Origin: Haliotis rubra
Taxonomy: Eukaryota
Assembly: GCF_003918875.1 (NCBI RefSeq)
Contig: NW_025767412.1
Location: 2,232,001-2,296,000 of the forward strand
Direction: 5' to 3'
DNA length: 64,000 nt
The position numbers were made by a program, and so were the translations under genes. The notes under the pieces are model-generated. The model was not told the DNA's origin. It was given only the letters and a program-made list of their open reading frames with translations, and did no database searches. Shown in pieces: positions 51,601-64,000 of the stretch (position 1 is the first letter of the stretch; every line of letters begins with the position of its first letter).

Positions 51601-51988
51601 TAGGGCTGCGCAATATAACCGGGTTACTGGTATTTACCGGTTCAGACATGAAACCGATACGTATTGCGATACGCTGATCGAAAACCGGTATTTGACTTGC
51701 ATTTGGAAAACGTCATAACACTCGGAAATCTTCAGATATTTCCTTGTTTCATTTGTGCCTAATATTATTCACATTTTTATTTTATCATGATTAAAAGTTG
51801 TTATTAAAGCTTAATCAAGCATAGTGACTTTGTTGTGTTTTTGCTCTATAAATCAAGCAGTAACTCGATTATAAGTAGTTTTTTTGTTTAAAAATACTTC
51901 ATGCAATATATTGCAATACATATCGCAATACATGCGTTCGCATCACAATATATCGCAATATGAATATTCTCTACAATACCCACCCCTA
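51601..51988. mobile_element. hAT-like MITE
   Basis: TAGGG...CCCTA termini with 8-bp TSD GTTTTAAC. Confidence 0.8.
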
Positions 51989-52913
51989 GTTTTAACAGTG
52001 CAACCATTTTCTAGCAAACATTCATATACTGCTTAGTTGTTCATGTCATCCCAAACAGTGCAGCTTGTTAACTTATATCAAGTGTTTGTCTGACTATGTA
52101 CAGGGTCTAGTCACACAGCTGGGCTACTGCTGAATATGGCATGAAACCACTCACACAATGCAACATTTCACCATTCCTAATACTGTTGTCTTCATGAAAC
52201 AGATCATATCTTCCATTTTAAACATAGCTCAGAACCTCACACATCATAAATAATACACATTCCCTACAACTCCTCAGCCTAAATATTCCACTTTCATGGA
52301 CAATCAAGTTTTTAATCAGATTTTTCATCCACAGTGAGTATTCACTGGTACTCAGTTACAAAGAATCAGACGAATTACTTTCAAACTGTCTCTTGATAAT
52401 GAAGATCTGCTTCTTATATTCCTTTAAAACAAAACTCAGAAAACAACCTAAACATGATGATCATAGGTTTGACATGATTTAGATTTTAGTTTACTTTCAA
52501 AATTCCTGATTGCTATTGTACATATATTCCTGAAAACACTCAGAAAACATCCCATGTATGATGATAGTAAGTTCAATGAGACACAATATTCATAACTTAT
52601 GAAGTTTCTTCTGCAAAAAGGCAGGACATCTACCACAGACAACAAACAGGTCCAACTCCAAAGGCTATGATCAGCAGAATACCTTTGAAATATCATAAAA
52701 AGTATTAAGTTCATTTAACCTTAAGCAAAATTGTTTCTGACTCAAGTATGCTTGTGATGTCCCTGAGCATTATAAGGCATTTCTGTTGTATACATAAAAC
52801 CCAGCTAGGTTTCTCCATATCAACTTTACGTATGGCAGATCTTTCTAAAGTAACGTCAAACTCATTACTTGTTTCACTTCAGTCTCCTACTATATGCTAG
52901 GGCTGGCTATCTA

Positions 52914-54032
52914 TACTGATGAGCAAAAGAAACCTTCTCTTGCAAAAAATTTCATAATATGAATATAAGAAAATATAATCAAATGCAAATTGCCCCATAG
53001 TTATTGCCAAAAACAAGGGTTCAATTCTGACCAAACGCACCTCTTGACAACTTTGTATCGAAAACAGCAAAATGCACGTGTTTTGCAAGTAAGGGTAAAA
53101 TGCACGTGCATGCATGGTATAAAACCACCTCACAGCACAGAGCAGATCGTACTTCAGCAGAAAACCACTTTACAATGCCGAGGTTAACTTCAGCAGAGCC
53201 AGAGAGGGCCATCGGAATGCTGCAAATTAGCGCTACAACGGGTCACGTTGCAAGAACCTTCAATTTCTCCGTTGTGACCGTCAGGAACCTTCGTCGGTGT
53301 TACCAACATACTGGTCAGACCTCAGACAGGCCGCAGACAGGCAGATCCCGGGTGACAACTGCGCAGGAAGACCGCCACCTGAGGACGTTACACCTTAGAA
53401 ACCGCTTCCTGACGGTAGCATCATAAGCGTCAACAGCGCTCGGTCACCGACTACGGGCCAATGGTATCAGGGCCTACCGACCGTACCGAGGAACAGACAG
53501 ACATGGTCGCTCGAGTTATCGAGAACTTCTTTCACGCCAACAATGTCAACGTCCTGTCATGGCCTGCACGCTCTCCTGACATGTCGCCAATCGAGCACGT
53601 ATTGGACCACCTTGATAAAGGTATTCAACGGAGACAGAATCCACCAGTTACAGTACAGCAAATGACTCAAGCCCTTGTCGAAGAATGGAGGCGAATCCCA
53701 GCTGATGTCATCAGACGCCTCACAACTTCAGTCAGAAGACGTGTGTTTGCATGTACTCTCCCCAGAGGTGGACAAACTCGCTATTAGAGACTTCTGTTCA
53801 CGCTTTGCTGTGTTTCCCGAATGGACCCACTGATCGTGAATTCTCTAGTTTGACCCCATGTCGACCATAACCTGTTCAATCAGTTATCAGCCTTGTTAAA
53901 AATCGAACGTTTGTACTAAACACGTGCCTATGTCATTGCTTCACAAATTATAAATTGCAAATTCGATTTCTTGTTGTTGTTTTTAAGTGAGATCAAACTG
54001 AACAAGGAGAAAGTATATTTTGCTCGTCAGTA
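52914..54032 (+). mobile_element. Internally deleted Tc1/mariner transposon (transposase pseudogene 53175-53787)
   Basis: TA-flanked TIR TACTGATGAGCAAAA ... TTTTGCTCGTCAGTA. N-terminal HTH (MPRLT...RAIGML...GRSRVTT) and C-terminal WPARSPDMSPIEH are present; the middle of the DDE domain is missing; stop at 53424. Confidence 0.9.
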
Positions 54033-54290
54033 TATATAGATCTAAGAGATTGATAATCATTAAATAAATATCGATCGATTACCTATAAATATAGGAGAAG
54101 GACAAATGCCCCAAAATATTGAAAGAAATTAATATATTTCATGTCACTGGTGAGTGGTGACATGTTTATGAAGGTTACACACAAAACAGCGTTCTGAACT
54201 TAATTTGGAAGCAGCCCATGAAAAAAAAGAAAATTGTGCATTGACTGCGAGTAAATATAATCTATATTCTATCACAAACGTTTATGTTCA

Positions 54291-54783
54291 CAGAGCTCCA
54301 GATAAGATTTAGCTCATGTGGGTACTGTACCCACTGTATTTTTTTGGAGTGGGTATTATGAATGTTGAGTGGGTATTTCATTTTCCGTTACCCACTGCTT
54401 TCAAATATGTGCGTATTTCAGTCATTTTACTCACCTAAGTATTATGTCATTGAGTAAGTTTACTAAGCAGGTATGTTCTGTCTTATGTCATACCTAATCA
54501 AAACCAACTTAAATATAATGGAAATGATTTCATACAAAAATCACTCATCCTATACTGACAGTACAACACTTGTCCTATACTAACAGTACAACTTGATAGC
54601 AATCGATGTCTTTTTCATAACGCAAGCGATTTTTATAAATATATTCCGTACGCATTTGTTTTACACTTTTTGCGTATCTAACATTTTAAATGCGTAATTG
54701 ATACGCAAGAATTATTTTTCAATGCGTAATTGGAAATTTTCTATGCGTATTTTACCCGGATACGCAGCTTATCTGGGCCTCTG
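54291..54783. mobile_element. MITE related to 656-1002
   Basis: CAGAGCTCCAGATAAG ... CTTATCTGGGCCTCTG termini. Confidence 0.65.
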
Positions 54784-55816
54784 GTTCAATACTATCAATG
54801 ACACTTTTTCATATCAATCAGAATTAATAATCATTCCTATCGACAATATATCTGATTATTGATCTTTAAAGCCAGCCCTACTACAAGCCATACAAAATAG
54901 GCTCTGTTATTTTTAGGCCCCTTTTTACAATAATCGTAAAGATAGAGAAACGTATCTGCATATTTGAAATGTCACATAATACGAATCATTCATAATAATA
55001 ACTGATGGCTAATTTATTCAAGTGATACATAAATACTAGGTTCTGAAGCTCACCTGAATTGTTACAGAATATCATTATTAGTCGGAGAGGTCATACAAGA
55101 ACGAATCAGACTAAACTGGAATTACATTTCTACACAACAAACATTCACACAACATGTTCATCTTATCATCTGTCTCATGCACCACAGGATCTGTAGACTG
55201 ACAAAATTATATGTTATCATAACAGAGATAGCCATCCGACAAAAGTCTAAGATTAAAGCTTTGCCAAATATGACAATATACGACAAAAATTAATATATCA
55301 CAATTCAGTACAGATACGTCCAGGAATAACTGATCAGTGATCAAAAGGACATGTTCAATATCATGAAGTAGTGTAAGGTCACATTACAGCAAAAGATGTG
55401 TCCGAGGTCACACCAAAACAGGTGATGTGGATCAGGTTACATTACAACAGGTCACCTGTGAAGCACATCACAACAGGTGACATGTGAGGTCATGTCACAG
55501 CAGGTGACAGGTGAGGTCAGGTCACAGCAGGTGACACGTGAGGTCACATCACAACAGGTATTGTGTCCGATAGCACAACACAACAAGTGACATGTTAGGT
55601 CATGTCACAGCAGGTGACACGTGAAGTCTCATTACAGCAATCTATACGCAGCATGTAAAATTAGCATAGGTGTGTACGAATATAAATTTGTTTTGATTGT
55701 AGTTTACATGATTGACAGAATCCATTAGCGTACCCTTTCAAGAAGAACATGTGGAGAGTGACAATATGCTGTACTTGTACTGTCAATGAAGACAGATGGT
55801 ATGAGATTCAGACTAT

Positions 55817-58800
55817 CTAAAATATATATATTTCTCCATGATTCACAGTGACAAAGTCTTCTGGCTTAAGTCCTGCCTTTGATACCTCTTCTATGAGGGT
55901 TTCTCGAGGTTCCAAGTAGTGCTGAAACAAGATCGCATGGTCTTAGTTTACATAGAAAGAATGAGGAAATGTTTTCTATCACATTGCAACTGTGGTAGCA
56001 TCTAAATTACGAGGGAATGAACGAATTGACAAACAATTAGTTAATAATATCACAACAATTCCAATTGTCAGGATTCAAGGACATGCAAGCAAATGGATCA
56101 TATTATTGTAACAAGGGGGCTGAGGTGAAATGTTGTGTTCAAGACTTACAAAGCAACATGTATGTCCATATGTGTATGGCTTCTTGAATGTGATGATCAG
56201 TCCACCAAAGGCTTTAACATTAAGGTCGTTAAACAATATTTTCTTTAATTTCATTTTCAATTTGTTGTCATGTTACATCAATGTCCTGAAGTTAGTCCAT
56301 TCTATAATAATAAATTCTGACTTATGAATACAAATAGTTATACCTCATATGCCATCATTTTGAAGGTGCCCCAGTGGATGCCAACTGACTTGACGGCTCT
56401 AATATCGCGGTGGATCTGCACCGCCTCCTGTGGGCCGACGTGCTGGGGAGACAGGAACCAGCTGCAGGGAGAGACAAGAAGCTTCCATTGTTTATCGAAA
56501 ACATTTTAAGTGATAACCAAATGGCTTCTGTTACATTACTGCCGTGAACAATGATGTCATAACACGATAGCTGGGATCGGGGGGACTAAATGATATAGGG
56601 GTATACTGGATACAGGAACAATCAGTAAAATAACACGATAGCTGGGAAAGGGGGGAATAAATAATATAGGGGTATACCGGATACAGGAACGATCAGTCAA
56701 ATAACACGATAGCTGGGATCTGGGGGACTACATGATATAGGGGTATATGAGATACAGGAACGATCTGTCAAATAACACAATAGCTGGGATCGGGGGGACT
56801 AAATGATATAGGGGTATACCAGATACAGGAACGATCTGTCAAATAACACGATAACTGGGGTCGGGGGGACTAAATGATATAGGAGTATATGAGATACAGG
56901 AACGATCTGTCAAATAACACAATAGCTGGGATCGGGGGGACTAAATGATATAGGAGTATACCAGATACAGGAACGATCTGTCAAATAACACGATGGCTGG
57001 GATCGGGGGGACTAAATGATATAGGGGTATACCGGATACAGGAACGATCAGTCAAATAACACGATAGCTGGGGTGGGGGGACTAAATGATATAGGGGTAT
57101 ACCGGATACAGGAACGATCAGTCAAATAACACGATAGCTGGGGTCGGGGGGACTAAATGATATAGTGGTATACCGGATACAGGAATGGTCAGTCAAATAA
57201 CACGATAGCTGGGATCGGGGGGACTAAATGATATAGGGGTATACCGGATACAGGAACGATCAGTCAAATAACACCATAGCTGGGGTCGGGGGGACTAAAT
57301 GATATAGGGGTATACCGGATACAGGAACGATCTGTCAAATAACACCATAGCTGGGGTCGGGGGGACTAAATGATATAGGGGTATACCGGATACAGGAACA
57401 ATCAGTTAAATCGCATGTTACCTGGGGATCGGGGGGACTAAATGATATAAGGGTATACCAGATACAGGAACGATCAGTCAAATAACACGATAGCTGGGGT
57501 CGGGGAACTAAATGATATAGGGGTATACCCGGATACAGGAACGATCAGTCAAATCGCATGTTACCTGGGGATCGGAGGGACTAAATGATATAGGGGTATA
57601 CCGGATGCAGGAATGATCAGTCAAATCACCGATTCTGACTACTTATGTGCTACAAGCATGAGGATACTGGAAACATACTGAAGTCCTTCCTGCAATCCCC
57701 AAAGGTGTCATGACAGTATCAATTTGGTCAGGTTGGACTCATGAGTTCTTCAGATTGGCACTAGAAGTTGGGGTGAATATAAGCTAACAATGCTCCCATT
57801 TCAGTAAAAAGTAAATATCTTTGGCATGACAATGCTACCATATGTGCTTTCCATAACAAAATGTAGACATATTATCCACACCTTGGTTTAAAACATCCAA
57901 TTGGTATAGCAGCAAGTGTAAAGTTTCCATATTTCCAGCCAATCTGCTTGAATGCTTCACAATAACCAGTATCTCCACCGAAGAAGAAACTATGCTTTGG
58001 ACCAATCAAAGCCCAGCTTGACCACAGTGCCTGAAGTAGACAAAACAATTTCATTTAATATGATAATTAACTCACAGGCAGCAATGGAAAATATGACACA
58101 AGTCAGTGGATATTAACAAATAGCAATTAACACCTGTTATTTCATTGCACTTCTTTATCCAATCCCTTTCCAGCAATTCATAAGGAATAAGTTACCTTCC
58201 AAAAAGCACATGGACAAATTGATTGTACCTGCCGATCCACATACTCAGCTGGCTACCTACCTGTCTACAAAATATCCTGCTGTTCCACCTGCCTACTCAA
58301 CTGCTTTAGGGCAGTGGGGTAGCCTAGTGGTTAAAGCGTTCGCTCGTCTCACCGAAGACCTGGGTTTGATTCCCTACATGGGTACAATGTGTGAAGCCCA
58401 TTTCTGTAGCCCCCCACCGTGATATTGCTGCAAAATTGCTAAAAGTGGCCTAAAACTAAACTCACTCACTCACTCACTCACTCAATTGCTTTATCCTACT
58501 CCTGCATTACCATAAGAGGTGGGTATGTAAGTCCCAAAACTTTCAAAGTAAAATGTAAATTTACCCCATTTTAAACGTAGTATTTTTGTTCTTTTAACTG
58601 CTGGCTAAATTTTCCTACAATTTTCCTTCAGCGGCTGAAGGGATGGCGGAAATCCAGCTAGGGTCCATACAGGTAGCAAAAGTAATGTAAGTCCCCATGG
58701 TTCCTAGTATGGTGATCTACCTTCAGTTGTTGGCGATCTACAGTCTGTGTTTTATACTGTATTGTCTTCTTAGTTTTATATTCATATCTGTGATTCTCTA

Positions 58801-61268
58801 GTATTTTTACTGTCCATCGTCAACAGGTTTATATCTTCAAAATGTCTTCACTTTTTATTGTATAAATTGTTTTCGTCAAGATATGGCTGAGATATTGCCG
58901 ATGTGACGTTAAATATTAACTCACTCACTCACCCATAAGAGGTCTAACAATACTATTGGTGTGATACATTTAGTGCATCCGATGCAGTAGTTTCTTTTTT
59001 AGAAGTTGAGTCCCAACCCTAAATCATTTGTTCTTAAAGTTAAGAATCAAACATGAATACTGTTTGGGAAGAAACGTACAGACTGGAGGGCATTGTAAAT
59101 GTTGTACATCTATTGCAAGTTGGGAAGTACAAGGAATCTGCATTGTTGATCTGTTTCCGTTATCATTCACAGTTTTACACCAACCTAATTTGTAATGTAT
59201 CACATGTATTACAATAAAGGAGTTGTAAATCGATGTATTGTACTGTTGGCCTAATATCAGGATACAATACTCTATGATTATATGGTTAAACCATTCTAGC
59301 AACCTTCCTAGACAAAAGAATATGCCTACTTGACTCCTGTGTTTGTGCCTACTCACCCTCCTGCATACACTCTCCCAACTCATCTGCCATATTATCTGCC
59401 TATTCACCCACCTGTGACCTGCCTATTCATATATCTGAACACCTGCCTATTCATATGCCTGAACACCTGCCTACATACAAATCTATCTACCTACCATGAT
59501 TATCCTTCTACCAACCTCGGCCATACAGTGTAATACCTGCCTACTCATATGCCTGAACACCTGCCTACATACAAATCTATCTACCTGCCATGATTATCCT
59601 TCTACCAACCTCGGCCATACAGTGTAATACCTGCCTACTTATATGCCTGAACACCTGTCTACATACAGATCTATCTACCTACCATGATTATCCTTCTACC
59701 AACCTCGGCCATACAGTGTAAAACCTGCCATATGCCTGAACACCTGCCTACATACAAATCTATCTACCTGCCATGATTATCCTTCTACCAACCTCCGCCA
59801 TACAGTGTAATACCTGCCTACTCATATGCCTGAACACCTGCCTACATACAAATCTATCTACCTACCACAATTATCCTTCAACCAGCCTCGCCATACAGTG
59901 TAATATTTTCATGATGTTCTCAACACACTCTTTCAAGACTAAACCTTTGAATATCATCATGATCATATACGTATTGTGGCTGTTGTACAATAATAGTTTA
60001 AATGTTACAAACCTTATTTGTATCTAGAAGTGTCCTCTTGCACCAATGCTGGCATGGTGTGCAAACGACCTTCACCTCTGACCTTCCTGTGAAAATGTCT
60101 TCATCCCACCATGACAACTCTACAACGTTTTCACATCCTCGATCAGACATCCATTTTCCGATTCCGACAGGAACATACCATCTCAGGTTCTTACCGTACT
60201 TCCTGTTGAGCGTCTCCACCGAATACAGGTCCAAGTGGTCGTAGTGGTTATGACTGACCACTACAATATCAATGTGAGGCAGTTCTTCTATAGTGCATGG
60301 TGGGTCGCGGTACCGTTTAGGTCCCATGAACTGGATTGGTGAGCACCTGTTACTGAATATTGGGTCAGTCAGTATAGTGACACCATCCACTTGCACTAGT
60401 GTTGAAGCGTGCCCAATCCACATGTATCTCACACCAGTTGAAGGTGGGGCTGAAAATTCTTCAAAGTTGGGTTTCATGATAGGAAGGGTTCTGTCCAGTT
60501 CCTGAAAAATTAAATTGCTGGTAAGCCTCTTCATCACCACCTAATATGCCAGGCTGAGAAGCAAACAATTCCTCATTGGTCCTGTTATCAGTGAATAGAA
60601 GTAACCTCTGTCATTAATTATTACACGAATCAGAAATATTTAATTTTGCCAATTTTGGAATTTTTACTGACATATGCAGCAACATTGGCTCCAAACATCT
60701 GCCTCTGACAATGTGTTGATAAATCCCTGCTACATAATGTTAACAACTGAACGTGGTCTTTGCGGTTTATTGCTATTGTATTTTAAACAAATGATCCCCT
60801 AAAGAAAGCACAGAAATGTTTACCACTTCAGTATGGATTATTTATTTGTTTGTTTGTTTGTTGTTTAATGCTGCACTTAACAATATGCCAGCTATATGGC
60901 AATAGTATGGCACTGAAAAGGCAAGGGAAATCTCACATTATAACTCATTATCCACAGATCGTGATCATAACTCTACCTATGAAATGCTGCGTCTTTAACT
61001 ACGTGGCCCACATTTGATTGTGACACTGTCAATGGTGTACCTCTTTCTTTGGCTCCTCCTTGTTTTCCCCTCCTCTGACGAATTTAATCAAGTTCCACAA
61101 ACTGTTGTACCTCCATGTATCCCATGGGTTTTTGTATCGGCCATTCTCAAAGATAGGCTTGGACAGCTTCATCTGCTCACTGTCTGACTGGATATGCAAG
61201 GAATTCAAGTCAGGCTTATCTGCTTCTGTTGTGGCCATTTCTTCATGTTCTGTCCCTGTGGCAGCCAT
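55817..61268 (-). CDS. NAPEPLD: N-acyl-phosphatidylethanolamine phospholipase D, paralog B, 362 aa
   Basis: Exons 61268-61041, 60501-60013, 58030-57882, 56461-56344, 55921-55817 splice in frame (1089 nt) at the same intron positions and phases as paralog A. Motifs: [44 protein letters not shown]. Confidence 0.95.
56560..57625. repeat. 71-bp tandem minisatellite, about 15 copies, intronic
   Basis: Unit AAATAACACGATAGCTGGGATCGGGGGGACTAAATGATATAGGGGTATACCGGATACAGGAACGATCAGTC. Confidence 0.95.
58309..58480 (+). mobile_element. tRNA-derived SINE
   Basis: Same family as 16785; (CACT)n tail; TSD-like ACTCAA(C/T)TGCTTTA. Confidence 0.85.
59438..59903. repeat. Approximately 95-bp tandem repeat, about 5 copies, intronic
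   Basis: Recurring AACACCTGCCTACATACAAATCTATCTACC...GCCATACAGTGTAA. Confidence 0.9.
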
Positions 61269-61643
61269 TGTACAAAGCTGTAATAGGAATATGATATAGT
61301 GTAATACAAAATCATTCGTTAACAAAATCAGTTTGTCATAACTGACCAATCTTCAATATAAATCAATGACTCATACAGAGCATATTTTCCAGGCATTTCA
61401 TGCAAAAATACCTCTTGTCATCATGATTTGAAATAATATATTCATGAAAATATCTCATTTATTGAGTATGTTCAAAGTGTTTCATTATGTACAGATGTAT
61501 GGAGGTACAAATGAAAACTATATTAATAACAAATAGTACTTGTTCCTGAAGAGTTGGACACAAAACTTGTGGCTGATACTGCTTGTGATGATAAACAATG
61601 ATAACGAACACCACCATCCACTGTTAATAAGTAATGTTTTCCT

Positions 61644-61808
61644 GGGGTGGTGGGGTAGTCTAGTGGTTAAAGCGTTGGCTCGTCACGCCAAAGACCCGGG
61701 TTCGAATCCCCACATGGGTACAATGAGTGAAGCCCATTTCTGGTGTCCCCCGCCGTGATATTGCTGGAATATTGCTAAAAGCGGCGAAAACCAAACTCAG
61801 TCAGTCAG
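61644..61808 (+). mobile_element. Full-length tRNA-derived SINE
   Basis: A and B boxes; (CAGT)n tail; 15-bp TSD AAGTAATGTTTTCCT. Confidence 0.9.
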
Positions 61809-62655
61809 AAGTAATGTTTTCCTAGTCTCTAATTTATTGATCAGTCATTTAAGATGATGTGCCCTTATCTCACCATCGTCCTAAGCAAGTGATACAACTG
61901 TTGCCATCATACTCATCCTGTTTCTGTCTTATCTGATAGCAGCAATAGTACATCCCAAAGAACATATTTATATGCTGTTGGATGGTTTCCCTACATTATC
62001 TCATATAATCTGACAAAAGAACTTACCTGCTTAAATACTTGATAACACTGTAATACCCTGTACAGAACTATGCGTCAGTTTTTCGCTGTGTCATTGTTTA
62101 AGTACACTAGACTGTATAACGTTACACAACTCAGAACACTTCCATTCAACGCGGTTGATCTCCTCACCATGTCAGCTGTAAAGTCAATAAACCCTGGTTG
62201 ATCAAAAACTGGTACTGGCTATCCAGGTGGAAAATGATTCTGTTGGTAACAACACATTTGGAATGTAAAAGCTCTTATTAGCAGTGATATATAAATTAGC
62301 AGTCAAAGATTTATTTATATATGTATGTGCGCATATATATTTAGTGCATTTAATAATGTTATTTCCTTTCATATTTGTTTCTCAAATTCACTTTTTACTG
62401 TGAGGGCAAATACAGTGTCTACAAGGCAGTCAAATCATGACAAACATTTAAGACGATGTCAATATATTCTATCACCATGATGAAACTTGGGATTTTCTTT
62501 TTAATGAAGAATGCAAATTAAATTTTATTCTCAGGAACCACAAGGTCAAGGATTGTGACAAATTAGTGTGATGTGCAGCAACACAATAGTATTCAGATTT
62601 CATATCACCAGTACAATATCATATACTGTTAAAAACTGAATGGGCTTATAATTAA

Positions 62656-62755
62656 GGCCCCCAACAAAAATATGACCTTTTCCGGTAACCCGACCGACCC
62701 TATCCTAAACAAACAAAACACACACACACACACGCACGCGCATTACACGACGACG

Positions 62756-62789
<34 letters not shown>

Positions 62790-63155
62790 GAGTCAAAATC
62801 ATGACGAGTGCATTTCAACTCATCATTTTTATCCAAATCAAGAATGATATTTTTTATGTTTTTAAGTGTACAGGGCTAAAACGGATTGCATTGAATTGGC
62901 ATAATGGGCTCTCACTGACAAACCCTGCAAAATAAATAACATAAGTAATGATTTGATATGGAAATCTTTCAATGTTACATCACAAGGCATTGTCACTACA
63001 TGATATGATATCCTTGAAGACCTACTCAGGTGACCACCTGGTGCTGCTAAAAAATAATTTAAAAGTTTTAAAAAAGATAAAACCGACCCACATACCCTAT
63101 TTTTAAAAAGATTGTAATAGGAAACGGATATTTTTTTTTTGGGGGGGGGGGGGCT
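62656..63155. mobile_element. MITE (Kolobok-like) containing a (CA)n run
   Basis: TTAA-GGCCCCC..AAAAA at the left end mirrored by TTTTT..GGGGGC-TAA at the right; internal CCGACC repeats. Confidence 0.45.
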
Positions 63156-64000
63156 AAACTACCAGACTCAACATAATTGTGTAAAAAGTTGACTTTGATG
63201 TTTAGTCCTGCTGGTTAATGTCATGTTTTGAATAGATTACCATTTCACAAGTATTTGAACTGCATGAGAATCTGTGAATTTTATTACATTTATTGTCAAA
63301 AAGAAAATGAGCAGTTTTCAACTAAAATAAATACCCCTTATGCCTATAGAAGAGGTTCTGCTTTTGTTCAGGAACGTTTTGCTGAGGTATTGGTTTAGCT
63401 TTAACAAACACTTATCCGGGATATAAAACCAGCAGGGAATATTAAAGGCAGCATCAGTTCCTGTATTCTCTATGATACACAACTGCCTCCACATTTAGGT
63501 TTTTGAAAGAGTTGTTACAGATTTAAACATTGCATTTTATGCAGTCATGCCAATTTTGACAAATAGTTCATTTTTTTGAATTTCTAAGATTGTAACAAAG
63601 ACTTCCACAATATCATCTTTCTCTTACATCAAACTGAAACGTGTTTGATTCAGTGATAGTGTTAACATATAACAAAAGAGAACGTCAAGACTCATACATA
63701 TAATACACTAGATGTCTTTCAGAACTAAATTCGTCTGCTAGAACTGGCACCTGCCATCCAAGGGCACATAACTCTGATGTAAAACATTTTGGATATTTAC
63801 AAAAGACGGATCTGTCATTTATTATGAAATCGGCTATGAGTGTGAATGTAATTAATTTACAAAATGTGACGAATAGTTCTAAGTATCAAATGCCAATAAC
63901 TACCAATAGATTAGACATGCAAATCTATGAAGAGTAGATTAGAAATGTTGGAAGTAAGCAACTGAAATTAACATAATTAATAAAGTTGTTTGGTGAACAG

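Larger units (their letters stand above)
52898..54880. mobile_element. hAT-like MITE hosting a Tc1 and another MITE
   Basis: TIR TAGGGCTGGC ... GCCAGCCCTA; degenerate 8-bp TSD CTATATGC/CTACAAGC. Confidence 0.55.

Overview
This is eukaryotic, intron-rich, AT-rich animal genomic DNA. The repeat complement (tRNA-derived SINEs with (CACT)n/(CAGT)n tails, Penelope, RTE-X-like LINE, Kolobok/hAT-type MITEs) suggests a mollusc, probably abalone (Haliotis); that assignment is inference. Four protein genes can be built from GT-AG junctions: the 5' end of a RhoA/Rho1 GTPase gene (- strand, running off the left edge); a head-to-head ankyrin-repeat/SOCS-box gene (+, 8168-15862) with an apparent 1-nt frameshift in coding exon 2; and two tandem NAPE-PLD paralogs (-, 22059-26176 and 55817-61268). 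Between the two NAPE-PLD coding regions lie a Penelope retroelement with inverted pLTRs, a tandem duplication that preserves the empty insertion site, nested SINE/MITEs, 32-bp satellite arrays containing two copies of a decayed LINE (one interrupted by a young non-autonomous LTR element) and a deleted Tc1. The most notable signals are: minimal hammerhead ribozymes with a U3-A8 core variant and covarying stem II, in NAPE-PLD introns; a triplicated exon end plus splice donor that can duplicate the HWGTF metal-ligand motif; and divergent residues next to the metal site in the second NAPE-PLD. No CRISPR arrays, rRNA or bona fide tRNA genes were found.
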